From contig CAWJSK010000012.1 in NCBI GenBank assembly GCA_963845535.1, positions 512,001 to 576,000 of the forward strand: a stretch of 64,000 bases of DNA, given 5' to 3'. This DNA is from an uncultured Spirochaetota bacterium. GTDB lineage: Bacteria > Spirochaetota > Spirochaetia > SZUA-6 > Fen-1364. Made by a program: the position numbers and the translations under genes. This document shows, piece by piece, positions 1 through 9,235 of the stretch. The notes under the pieces are model-generated. The model had not been told where the DNA came from. It saw only the letters and a list, made by a program, of their open reading frames with translations, and made no database searches. Numbering within the stretch: position 1 is the first letter of the stretch; the number at the start of each line of letters is the position of its first letter.

Positions 1-71
1 AGAATTTACTCAATTTCCTGCGCAGAATACTTGCCGACCGCCGCACATCAGACGTATGTTGGCTACACACT

Positions 72-1620
72 ATGGCTGAAGAAAAGACCCCGGCCAGGAA
101 GAATGGCGGGAAGGCCAACGGCGCAGGCTCAGCCGGCGCCTCGGCCGAATCCGCGAGCGCCGGGGGCCAACCCTCTTCGACCTCGGCGTCCCCCGCGGAA
201 GCGCCGCCGGTTCCTCCCCCACCCTCTCCGGCATCCCCGACGCAACCCCCTTCCCCGCAATCCTCGGTCCACGGGGAACCGGCGGCTCCGGCTTCGCTGC
301 CCGCCGCCATCGCTCCCACGGTCCTTCCGGGCGGCCCGAAGCGCCAGAGATTCCTCTTCATCTCGAAGTACGGCCTGATCCACGACCTGGCGTGGGAAGT
401 GAAGAAGGAGGGACAGGAAGTCCTGTACCACATCGCCCTGAAGTCGGAGAGGGACGTGGCGGACGGCTTCGTGGAGAAAGTGGACAAGTGGGAGGAGTGC
501 AAGGACTGGGCGGATGTCATCGTCTTCGACGACTGCGAGTTCGGCAGCCTGGCCGACAAGCTGCGAGCAGAAGGCAAGACGGTCATCGGCGGCACGCCGT
601 ACACGGACAAGCTGGAGATGGACCGGGACTTCGGACAGGAGGAGATGAAGGCGGCCGGCATCACCACGCTGCCACGCTGGGAGTTTGATTCCTTCGATGC
701 CGCCATCAGCTTCATCAAGGGCAACCCCGGCCGCTACGTCGTGAAGCCCAGCGGCCGCGCCCAGAACGAAAAGGTGCTGTCCTTCGTGGGGCAGGAGGAG
801 GACGGCCTGGACGTGCTCACCATGCTCGAGCATTACAGGAACGGCTGGGCCGGGAAGATCAAAAACTTCCAGCTTCAGAAGTACGCATCCGGAGTCGAGG
901 TGGCGGTAGGGGCCTTCTTCAACGGCAAGGAGTTCCTCCAGCCGGTGTTCGTCAACTTCGAGCACAAGCGGATGTTCAACGACGACATTGGGCCGCAGAC
1001 CGGTGAGATGGGCACGTCAGGGCTTCTGGCACGGCTCGAGCACGCTGTTCCAGCAGACGCTTCTGAAAATGAAGGACCGCCTTGCAGCCGTGAAGTACAC
1101 CGGGTACATCGACATCAACTGCATCGCCAACTCGCGCGGGATCTACCCGCTGGAGTTTACCTGCAGGTTCGGATATCCCACCATCAACCTGCAGATCGAG
1201 GGGATGCTCTCACGCTGGTCTGACGTTCTTGCCGCCATGGCGCGCGGGCAGGGCATCACGGTACGCACCAAGAAAGGCTTCCAGATATGCGTCGTGATTG
1301 CCGTTCCGCCGTTCCCGTTCGTGGACCCCGAAGCGTTCAGGAAGTTCTCGGAGGATGCCGTTGTGATTTTCAGGAAACCGGTGAATGGCGGGATTCACCC
1401 CTGCGACGTGCGATTGGTGGACGGTGACTGGCGGCTGGCCGGTAACTCCGGCTACGCGCTCGTGGTCACCGGCTCCGGGTCCACCATGGATGACGCCCGC
1501 AAGGAAGCCTACAACCGGGTGAAGAACATCATCATCCCCAACATGTTCTATCGAACCGACATCGGAGAGCGCTGGCACCGCGACGGCGACCTTTTGCAGA
1601 CCTGGGGGTACCTCCTTTAG
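72..1620 (+). CDS. purD: Phosphoribosylamine--glycine ligase-like ATP-grasp protein (short PurD-like type) with Pro/Ala/Ser-rich N-terminal extension; frameshifted at about 1020
   Basis: Motifs EHKRMFNDDIGPQTGEMG (ORF 72..1223) and PLEFTCRFGYP...YRTDIG (ORF 988..1620) join into one protein if one G is removed from GGG at 1020-1022. Confidence 0.75.
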
Positions 1621-1769
1621 CGTGGTCCCCGCCAGAGGTGTGGCGCTTGGGCCAACGGGGGACTCAACCCCCATAACGGGTGAGATGTCTACTTGGCGCC
1701 GGCTTTCTCTCGGAGAAAAGGGCGAGTTTCCTTGTCTATCTGTTTTGCGATTGGTAAATTGCGAAGACG

Positions 1770-2186
1770 ATGAGGAAACGAATATGGTTGCGGCTTGGCT
1801 TGATCCTGTTGGCCCCTGCGACTGTGGCGCTTGTAGGCTGCCCAAGTAACGTAGGTCCGACTTATGACTTCGAGGGATCGTGGACGGGGGGGCCGGTGTT
1901 TCAGTCATGGGATTTCAACTCAAACGGTGGGACCTACACCGCCGGTTTCGGCATCTACACGTTCAATTTCAGCTACGTTTCGGTCGACGAAAATGAGAAC
2001 CACATCCTGATCCAAATCACTTCGGTTTCGGGATTAAGATATCCCCCATACATTTCCGTCGGAGCACAGGTGTACGTGATGTACAGCATCAGCGGGGACC
2101 AGAGCGGAGACCAGATGTACATCACTTTCAGCCAGGATGGCTACGCCACACCGGGCAGCGGGGACGGGCCTTTCACGAAGGAGTAA
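1770..2186 (+). CDS. Hypothetical lipoprotein
   Basis: Basic N-terminus, hydrophobic stretch and lipobox-like LVGC; aromatic beta-rich mature region. Confidence 0.7.
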   Translation: MRKRIWLRLGLILLAPATVALVGCPSNVGPTYDFEGSWTGGPVFQSWDFNSNGGTYTAGFGIYTFNFSYVSVDENENHILIQITSVSGLRYPPYISVGAQVYVMYSISGDQSGDQMYITFSQDGYATPGSGDGPFTKE

Positions 2187-2212
2187 CTGCAACAGCGGAA
2201 TTCGTAGGCTCG

Positions 2213-2240
2213 TTGACAGCCCTGCAGCTGATGTTACCAT
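2213..2240 (+). promoter_or_regulatory. Sigma70-like promoter
   Basis: TTGACA (2213-2218), 16 nt spacer, TACCAT (2235-2240). Confidence 0.45.
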
Positions 2241-2406
2241 AACTTCGGATGGCACGGTTATTGCGACTCGATGCAGCAACCGACTTTGATGACCATTGCG
2301 GAAATGCCTATTTGCATAGCGACTCTGAGACTGCTTTGATCGAGCTGTACCGATAAGCCGCCTTCTGTCTCCTGCAACCGCATGCTGGTCATCCGCGAGA
2401 CGGTGG

Positions 2407-2811
2407 TTAACGCGGATTGCCCTCCGCTTTTATTACTAGCTCCGAAGGAAGAGTGTAGAAACCTGACATTACTCCTCTTTTTCCAATTGTCATCTCCTCA
2501 AACTCTTGCTTCTTCCTAACAACAGGTGCCATATACAGGATCGCGCGTTGAAGTACCGCAAGCATCTTGGATTTTAGCGCGGATTGCGAAGTTTCTTTGT
2601 CATAGACTCCCTCGAAACAAGTGATCGTCGAGGCGGTCGCTTCGAGCAGTGACGCCACGGCATCATGGCTCGCGCCCTTCGAACCCGTGGAGAATCTCTG
2701 TGAGCAAGCCAGTCCGACGAGTTCCAGCCTTGCAAAATGATTTTGAGCCACGATGATCTTGAAAACCATAAAGACGGTGTCTGAGAAACCCTGTACCACG
2801 GATCCATTCAA
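2407..2811 (-). CDS. Hypothetical protein (doubtful)
   Basis: 134 aa ORF in AT-richer DNA, no recognisable motif. Confidence 0.3.
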   Translation of the reverse strand: MNGSVVQGFSDTVFMVFKIIVAQNHFARLELVGLACSQRFSTGSKGASHDAVASLLEATASTITCFEGVYDKETSQSALKSKMLAVLQRAILYMAPVVRKKQEFEEMTIGKRGVMSGFYTLPSELVIKAEGNPR

Positions 2812-2850
2812 TTTCCAAATAAAGGCAGCTTGCCCATAATGGGGTACCGT

Positions 2851-3963
2851 CTACTTCTGCACCTTCGGGGCGAATAACTCACTTGCAGGAATCCGCGGAG
2901 AACGAAGGAATCCGCCTTTTGGCTTTCCCAGCGAAAGAAGCATCTGAATCGTCTCACCTGGTTGGGAGGCTTCCCGGTGGATCGCACTGCGAAGCTCCCT
3001 CATCTCGGGATACTCCTGCAACGCCTGGGAAAGTGGCAGCAGACTTCCGCCTGCAAACACCACCTCCATCCAAAGCCTTTGCAAGGGAACTCCAGTACGA
3101 ACTTGAAGCTCTGGGGTGTTTCCCTGGGTCGCCACCACCAAGATGGCTTTCGAAGAATCAACCGCGGAAGAAAAGAGCTTCATAGAAGACTTCGCGTAAT
3201 CTTGCCGTGACTCGGGAAAGAGCGTTTCCCAAACGTCGACCAGGGGGATAGCCCAAGCGGGGAAGTTCGGCAGCAGGGTGATGCCCCAAGGCTTCATCCG
3301 CCTCTGGTTACCGTTGAACCGCGTGTTCAAGTAGCTTTCGTCCAGCGTTCGAGGAAGCGACATCTCGAGAGCATACGCATCGCTGACGATCCTCTTGATT
3401 TTTTCAAGCCGTCCCGGCTCCAGGATCCATGTGAACCGGATCCCTCCCCCTGAATAGCGGGTTTCCTGTGAATCAAAGAAATCCTTCGAAAAAACAAGTG
3501 GGACGACTCCGTACTTCACCGTTGCCGACGACAACGCATCCAGCTTTTCCTGCGCCGACGCCTGTGGGTCTGGAGCTTTCGACATGGCGGCCACGGGAGC
3601 ATCCGCCGGCCTGGCGGGGTTCCAGGCGCCCTTTGGGAACAGGTTCCAGGACAGCTTCAAGCCCCGAGCGGCAGCCGCGTCCTCTGCCGCTGCCAGAAAA
3701 CACCCCACTGAGATCAACAACTGGCGCGACGGAGGATCGGTCTGGGGAAGGAGCCGGCCGGAATCGAGCCAGATCCAGAGCGCGTTTGGATCTTCGGGCG
3801 ATGGAGTCAACTTCCAACTTTGCATGTTGTGTGCGTTTTGCGCCCGACGGGCGTGTTCGACGATATCGAGCCACGACCGGGGCGAAGCCGGGGAGGAAGG
3901 AAGACCACAGGACAAACAACAAGCGATGAGCACGACGACTATGAACCTGAAAATGATTTTCAC
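2851..3963 (-). CDS. Acg-family FMN-binding nitroreductase-like protein with lipoprotein-type signal peptide
   Basis: AQNAHNMQSW (cf. APSxHNxQPW), LPQTDPPSRQLLISVGCFL, PLSQALQEYPEM; AAGGAGG 8 nt before GTG 3963; LSC lipobox. Confidence 0.75.
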   Translation of the reverse strand: MKIIFRFIVVVLIACCLSCGLPSSPASPRSWLDIVEHARRAQNAHNMQSWKLTPSPEDPNALWIWLDSGRLLPQTDPPSRQLLISVGCFLAAAEDAAAARGLKLSWNLFPKGAWNPARPADAPVAAMSKAPDPQASAQEKLDALSSATVKYGVVPLVFSKDFFDSQETRYSGGGIRFTWILEPGRLEKIKRIVSDAYALEMSLPRTLDESYLNTRFNGNQRRMKPWGITLLPNFPAWAIPLVDVWETLFPESRQDYAKSSMKLFSSAVDSSKAILVVATQGNTPELQVRTGVPLQRLWMEVVFAGGSLLPLSQALQEYPEMRELRSAIHREASQPGETIQMLLSLGKPKGGFLRSPRIPASELFAPKVQK

Positions 3964-4129
3964 CTTTAAGGCCTCCTTAACACTCTTCTCAAGAGATGAT
4001 CTCTTTGCGAACGAAAAGACAACCAAAACTGCGGCGCAGTTACCCTCATCCCGACCCGCACTATTAACCTGTCCGATTCCCGCTCTGCTCATTACCGTAG
4101 TGAGACCCACCGGTCCTTGGCGCAGTTCC

Positions 4130-4175
4130 TTGACAAGGCTAACTTTGCAAACTAAAGTCTCTTTAGATGCTAAAG
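4130..4175 (+). promoter_or_regulatory. Sigma70 promoter with two CTTT-N7-AAAG operator boxes
   Basis: TTGACA (4130-4135), 17 nt, TAAAGT (4153-4158); palindromic boxes at 4143-4157 and 4161-4175. Confidence 0.6.
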
Positions 4176-4203
4176 CATAGGGCTGGGCAAAGGAGCGTAG
4201 ACG

Positions 4204-4815
4204 ATGGCTGATGAGGGCGAACAGAATCTCGACAAAAGGGTAGAGGACATTCGCGCGGTCCGGAAGTTGCTCGCCGAGAGCAACGATCTCCCGTTGATCT
4301 ACCCGTGGGCCTTTTTCGTATGGGCGCTGTTGGTCGGGGCAGGAACCGTGATCCACTATGTGCTGTACCGAACCGACGGCATCGACGTCCGGAGCCTACT
4401 GCTATGGATTTGGTTTCCGATTCTCGTTCTTGGTGCGATTACTGAAACCGTCTCGTTCTCGATCAAAGTGGGGAAGGAAGAGTTCGCGCTGTTCAATCGG
4501 CGCGTAGGAAACGCCATCCTCGCCTGCATCGCCACTTCGGTGGTTCTTTTTGTCGTCGTCATGCGCCTTGCGTTCGTCGCGCTCACGCCTGGCGTTGCGA
4601 TGCTTCTCAGTGCCCTCCCGCTCGTTTTTTTCGCCCAGATTTCGTACACGTCCCTCTTTATCGAAACCTTCATCGCGGTCGCCGCCGGCCTGCTCTTCGA
4701 GCTCGCGCGTGCAAGGGGACTCACACCGTTCGTCATCGCAGGCTCGTTCGCCGCCGCCCTGTACGCAGTATCCGGATTTCACGTGCTGGTGGCCCAGAGG
4801 CGGCATCGTGTCTGA
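4204..4815 (+). CDS. Hypothetical integral membrane protein (about 6 TM)
   Basis: SD AAGGAG upstream, multiple hydrophobic segments, overlaps the next gene. Confidence 0.75.
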   Translation: MADEGEQNLDKRVEDIRAVRKLLAESNDLPLIYPWAFFVWALLVGAGTVIHYVLYRTDGIDVRSLLLWIWFPILVLGAITETVSFSIKVGKEEFALFNRRVGNAILACIATSVVLFVVVMRLAFVALTPGVAMLLSALPLVFFAQISYTSLFIETFIAVAAGLLFELARARGLTPFVIAGSFAAALYAVSGFHVLVAQRRHRV

Positions 4816-5137
4816 CCTTTTCTCTGGCTTCGACGGGGTCTTCTTCGAGAAGTCCCGCCTTGCCATTGTCGCGCTGCTGTATCGCGATGAGTATGCGGCC
4901 TTTACTTCTCTGCGGGAGCGGATCGGCGCAACCGACGGGACCGCATACGCGCACCTTGAGCGATTGATCGAGAGCGGCTACCTCGAGAAGAGGAAGGAAG
5001 TCGCCGGGATGAAGGCCCAGACCGTGTATCGCCTGACGAAACGAGGCCGACTCGAGTTCGATGCGTACCTCAAGGCGATGGAAGCGTTGCTTGTCGATAC
5101 TGCGCGATCGGGCCGGAAGAACAAAGGCTCGAGGTGA
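4808..5137 (+). CDS. Winged-helix transcriptional regulator (HTH_34, ArsR/MarR-like)
   Basis: SRLAIVALL...FTSLRERIGATDGTAYAHLERL...YRLTKRGR; GTG start. Confidence 0.85.
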   Translation: MSDLFSGFDGVFFEKSRLAIVALLYRDEYAAFTSLRERIGATDGTAYAHLERLIESGYLEKRKEVAGMKAQTVYRLTKRGRLEFDAYLKAMEALLVDTARSGRKNKGSR

Positions 5138-5141
5138 AGAC

Positions 5142-5789
5142 ATGTCAATTCAATTCGTTCTGCTTGGAATCTGTGTGGTCGTCGGCGTCATTGCGGGGTT
5201 TCTGCATTCTCGATCTATTGAGTACTCGATCTTGGAGAAGAGGCTTGGGAGGGATAGGGCGGAACGGTTCACAAAGAACGTCAGCGCAGTGGCCGTCGAT
5301 CTGGAAATGCTCTTCCTCCTGGCAATATGGTTCCTTCCGCAGCCGCGGTTCTATCTACCGGTGCTGGTGAGCTACACACTTCAGGTCCCGGTTGTGCACT
5401 ACTCGATCAGCCTCTTCCATGCGCTGTTATCCTTCCCCTTCATTGTCGTCGGGCTGTGGCTGATTCTCAGTGCACTCAAGACGATGGGCAATGAAATAAG
5501 CGTAGAACACAAGAGACCGGACAGGGTCATCCGAACCGGCGTCTTCTCAAGGCTGCGACACCCTCAGAACGCGGGCGGCGCGGTCCTGCACATCGGGATG
5601 AGCATCCTCATGTCGGGGCTGTTTGCACTCGCCGTCATCCCCATCTTTGTCACATTCGACATTTATATCGCGAAGAAAGAGGAGAAGGAATTGATCAGAT
5701 CCTTCGGAAGAGAATACGAGGACTACCAGAAAGCCGTAGCCATGTTCTTCCCCAGGATCAAGGCGAACCCTCAAAGGGGATCATCGTGA
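5142..5789 (+). CDS. Isoprenylcysteine carboxylmethyltransferase (ICMT/PEMT) family membrane methyltransferase
   Basis: TGVFSRLRHPQN and KKEEKELIRSFGREYEDYQKAV family motifs. Confidence 0.85.
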   Translation: MSIQFVLLGICVVVGVIAGFLHSRSIEYSILEKRLGRDRAERFTKNVSAVAVDLEMLFLLAIWFLPQPRFYLPVLVSYTLQVPVVHYSISLFHALLSFPFIVVGLWLILSALKTMGNEISVEHKRPDRVIRTGVFSRLRHPQNAGGAVLHIGMSILMSGLFALAVIPIFVTFDIYIAKKEEKELIRSFGREYEDYQKAVAMFFPRIKANPQRGSS

Positions 5790-6415
5790 GCTGGTTGTTC
5801 TTCGTATTCGTATTGTGTGCGATCATGGCGATACCGATTCACTTCATTTCGGTCGAGCATGGGAGACTGGAACAGAAACATGGAATGATCAAGGGCGTCA
5901 GGATCAGTGAGGTCTGCGGTCGCATGTCGGCCTACATGCTCTTCGCTTCTCTCATCGGTCTGTGGTTTTCGCCGCAACCGCGTTTCACCATTCCGATACT
6001 CAGCCGCGTGTCCCTCGCGGTTCCCGGCATCGGCTTCGCCATTCCCGCGCTGCATTTCGTGCTGTTCGTGCCGTTTCTGTTCTTCGGCCTCATTCTGTTG
6101 TCACGGTCGGTCTCGGACTTGACGAGGAAGGTGTCTGAAGCGCACCACCCGGAGCGCGTGGTTACGACGGGCATTTACGCCCGGGTTCGCCACCCGCAGT
6201 ATCTGGGATTTTTGCTCATGCACGTCGGATTCTCTGTGCTTATGTCGGGTACATACTCATTGATTGCCACGCTCTTGATATTCATGATGTTGTATGCCTT
6301 CGCGCGCAAAGAGGAGGTCGAGCTCATGAGAGAGTTCGGCGGCGACGAATACGATGCATATAGAAGGACTGTCCCCATGCTGATCCCGAGACTTCGAGGT
6401 CAGCCGAAAACCTGA
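5786..6415 (+). CDS. ICMT/PEMT family membrane methyltransferase (tandem paralog)
   Basis: TTGIYARVRHPQYLG and EEVELMREFG...Y...VPMLIPR; GTGA overlap with the previous gene. Confidence 0.85.
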   Translation: MSWLFFVFVLCAIMAIPIHFISVEHGRLEQKHGMIKGVRISEVCGRMSAYMLFASLIGLWFSPQPRFTIPILSRVSLAVPGIGFAIPALHFVLFVPFLFFGLILLSRSVSDLTRKVSEAHHPERVVTTGIYARVRHPQYLGFLLMHVGFSVLMSGTYSLIATLLIFMMLYAFARKEEVELMREFGGDEYDAYRRTVPMLIPRLRGQPKT

Positions 6416-6506
6416 TCGGGCAGACGTCGCTGCTCCACTCCGCATCGACCCCCTTTTGACCCGACCGCCGCCCTGCTTGAGTATATTCGAGGCACAGGAG
6501 GCGACT

Positions 6507-7181
6507 ATGGGCGCGGTCCGCCGTTTCTCTCTCGGAGTCTTCATCCTCTGCAGCCTCGCAATCCCCCCCGCCGTCATGGCGTTGGACGGCCAGGTCGTTT
6601 ACGCGGAAGGCACCGTGACGGTGACGGGCGGCGGCACCTCGCAGGATGCCGGGCCCGGCACAAGAGTATCCGCCGGAGACACAATAACCACGGGAGCGGA
6701 CGGCCTTGCCGTGATCGACCTCTCCAATGCAACGCAGATCAAGCTCCGGGAGAACACGAGCCTCGTGGTTGACGCTATCGGGGACACGGCGCAGGTCTCC
6801 CTTACCGCCGGGGGCGTCTTCACTCATATCCTGAAAAGGCTTGCCGGCAGCTTTTCCCTGCGCGCCGGAGAGACGGTGGCGGGAGTGCGGGGCACGGAGT
6901 TCTTCGTAGCCTTCGGAAAAACAATAGACAACCAGCGCGACGTCTGGCTGTGCGTGAACGAAGGAGCCGTGGACGTGTCGGTGCCGTCTGCAAACCAGCA
7001 CGTTCTGGTGCCGGCAGGCCAGGGAATCAACATCGTGGGTGGAACGAAGCTGACGGCGCCTCATGGGTACAAATGGACGCGCGGGCTGAACTGGAATATG
7101 GACCCGGCCGGCGGGAGCCTGGAGGATCACACGAACCTGGATCAGGCCTACGCGGACCTTCTCAACCATGACTACAACTAG
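6507..7181 (+). CDS. FecR-domain exported protein
   Basis: Signal peptide; GDTITTGADG, VAGVRGTEF and VNEGAVDV FecR motifs; SD AGGAGG. Confidence 0.8.
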   Translation: MGAVRRFSLGVFILCSLAIPPAVMALDGQVVYAEGTVTVTGGGTSQDAGPGTRVSAGDTITTGADGLAVIDLSNATQIKLRENTSLVVDAIGDTAQVSLTAGGVFTHILKRLAGSFSLRAGETVAGVRGTEFFVAFGKTIDNQRDVWLCVNEGAVDVSVPSANQHVLVPAGQGINIVGGTKLTAPHGYKWTRGLNWNMDPAGGSLEDHTNLDQAYADLLNHDYN

Positions 7182-7968
7182 GAGCGCTTCGCTCGCGCTT
7201 GCCGCCTTGGCGCTTGTCGCGTTGGCGCTTGCCGCCGCGGCGCCGGCGTTCGCTGATAACGCGCCCGTTGCCCCCAACGGCGTCCTGGAGCTGGAAGGCC
7301 ACACGGCCCTCATCGTCCAGACAGGCAGCTTCGACTTTCTGGGTGACCTCACGGGAAGGCTCGAGGACGCAGGGCTTTCTTTCCAAGACAGGGCCCTTAC
7401 CCTTGGCGGATACTACCGGCCTTTAAAGAATCTGAAGGTAGGAGCTTTCTATCGCCTGCAAGCCGGAGTGCGCCATGATGACGACTGGGTCACCATCCCG
7501 ACGCCGTTTCCATGGTTTTGGCAGGACACCGCGGGGAGGTTCGAGAACGTGTTCATGCTGGATGCAAGCCCGCGGTTCCTGCTGGACTTCCTCCCCGGCA
7601 AGTCCTGGGTCTTCATGCTCAAAGGTCGCTACATCTACAACACCTTCGAGAACCAGCAATCCATCATGGTGAGGCCGGAGCTCACCTACTTCTGGCTGGT
7701 GGACCGTCAGCCGCTTTTCGATTTCCAGGCGGCGTACGAGGCGTATTTTCCGCTCAATTTCGGAAGCACTTTCATCTATGAAAGCTACCCATGGCTTGGC
7801 GTCCATTACCATCTCACTCCCGAGGTAATGCTCGAGCTGGCCGGGTCTTACAAGGTGACTGTCTGGAGCTCCTCCCAGCAGTGGCTGGCCGCGGGCAACA
7901 GTCCGTACCAGGTCACCTACGGCCGGTGGCTTGCGTCATTCGGCGTCATCTGGACGCTCACCCCGTGA
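7168..7968 (+). CDS. Exported protein, probable outer-membrane beta-barrel (DUF2490-like)
   Basis: Long signal peptide, alternating aromatic beta-strands, overlaps the FecR gene. Confidence 0.65.
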   Translation: MTTTRSASLALAALALVALALAAAAPAFADNAPVAPNGVLELEGHTALIVQTGSFDFLGDLTGRLEDAGLSFQDRALTLGGYYRPLKNLKVGAFYRLQAGVRHDDDWVTIPTPFPWFWQDTAGRFENVFMLDASPRFLLDFLPGKSWVFMLKGRYIYNTFENQQSIMVRPELTYFWLVDRQPLFDFQAAYEAYFPLNFGSTFIYESYPWLGVHYHLTPEVMLELAGSYKVTVWSSSQQWLAAGNSPYQVTYGRWLASFGVIWTLTP

Positions 7969-7972
7969 AGCC

Positions 7973-8911
7973 ATGAGCAGCGCGCCCCTGAACCGCGAGC
8001 AGTTCGACCCGGGGATCACCCAGAGCTACACCGGCGAGCTTCGCAGGATCATCAATCGCGACGGCTCCTTCAACGTCCGAAGGAAAGGCAGGAGCCTGAA
8101 AGACCTGCACGTTTACCAGCTCCTGTTGTCCCTGTCCTGGCCTGCGTTCATGGGCCTCGTGCTCGCGCTTTTCATCGTCGTGAACGCGGCCTTCGCGGGC
8201 CTGTACATGGCCGCGGGGCTGGAGAACCTCGCCGGCGCGCAGGCGCCAACGCGTGTCGAGTCGATGCTGAACGCTTTTTTCTTCAGCGTTCAGACGCTGA
8301 CCACCGTGGGCTACGGGACGATCTCACCGCGGGGGATTGCCACCAACGCAATTGCAAGCGTGGAGGCAATGCTGGGAGTCATGGGGTTCGCGTTTGCCGC
8401 GGGCCTTCTCTATGGCCGATTCTCCCGGCCGTCCGCCAGGATCCTCTTCAGCAGCAAGGCCATCGTTGCTCCGTTCCGTGACGGCATAAGCCTGCAGTTT
8501 CGGATTGCCAACAGGCGCTCCAACGCCATCGTCAACCTCGAGTGCACCGTTCTCCTGATGACGGTCGAATGGGAAGGCGGCCAGCAGAAGCGCAAGTACA
8601 CCGGCCTGGAGCTGGAGCGGGACACGGTCTACTTCCTGCCGCTGACGTGGACCATCGTCCATCCCATCAATGATTCCAGTCCTCTCTACGGGCTCACCCG
8701 GGAGATGCTTGCTGAGCGGTCCGCGGAGCTTCTGGTTCTCATCACGGGCTTTGACGATTCCTTCAACCAGGTCGTGAACGCCCGCACGTCGTTCCGTTGG
8801 GATGAGATCGTCTGGGGAGCGCGCTTCGCTTCCGCCTTCCACGCGGATGATCGGGGGGAGCTGGTCCTTGACCTCGACAAGATCGATGCCATAATGCCGG
8901 CCGGGCTGTGA
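7973..8911 (+). CDS. Inward-rectifier potassium channel (KirBac family)
   Basis: AFFFSVQTLTTVGYG selectivity filter, RFSRPSARILFS, LTWTIVHPINDSSPL. Confidence 0.92.
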   Translation: MSSAPLNREQFDPGITQSYTGELRRIINRDGSFNVRRKGRSLKDLHVYQLLLSLSWPAFMGLVLALFIVVNAAFAGLYMAAGLENLAGAQAPTRVESMLNAFFFSVQTLTTVGYGTISPRGIATNAIASVEAMLGVMGFAFAAGLLYGRFSRPSARILFSSKAIVAPFRDGISLQFRIANRRSNAIVNLECTVLLMTVEWEGGQQKRKYTGLELERDTVYFLPLTWTIVHPINDSSPLYGLTREMLAERSAELLVLITGFDDSFNQVVNARTSFRWDEIVWGARFASAFHADDRGELVLDLDKIDAIMPAGL

Positions 8912-8968
8912 CCTACCTGCGGCGCATGCCGCCTGACACAGAGCGGACGATGCGCCAAGGAGCGACCA

Positions 8969-9235
8969 ATGACGACCGACAAGATCCAGTTCACAAAAGA
9001 AAAAGAAACGATGCTCATGACCTTGAGCAGTCGAGCCATCCAGAGTCAGTGGAAGAATCCCATCTTGCGCGACCCGTGGGCCGAAGAGCCGAAGCTTGAA
9101 CTGATCAAGGAATACAGAACAAGCGAACTGGTGGCGTTTTCCCGATTCCCGTTATTGGCGCGGGTCCTTTTCCGCGCGCAGGAGGTCAACCCCACCCTGC
9201 GCAGGATGGAACGCACGATAGTCTACCGATACTAG
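8969..9235 (+). pseudogene. Internally deleted remnant of a TcmP/LCM-type class I SAM methyltransferase
   Basis: N-terminal KETMLMTL..RA...PILRDPWAEE is joined directly to a C-terminal-like PKLELIKEY...IVYRY; no SAM-binding core; 88 aa. Confidence 0.6.

Noticed and set aside
1624..1672. Small multi-hairpin after purD-like gene, considered as tRNA or ncRNA
   Set aside because: Too short, no TTC T-loop or anticodon arm; more likely a terminator-type fold.
2180..2420. Possible integron attC site after the lipoprotein gene (TAAC ... GTT)
   Set aside because: No RYYYAAC/GTTRRRY pair with a long imperfect stem, and no integrase in the window.
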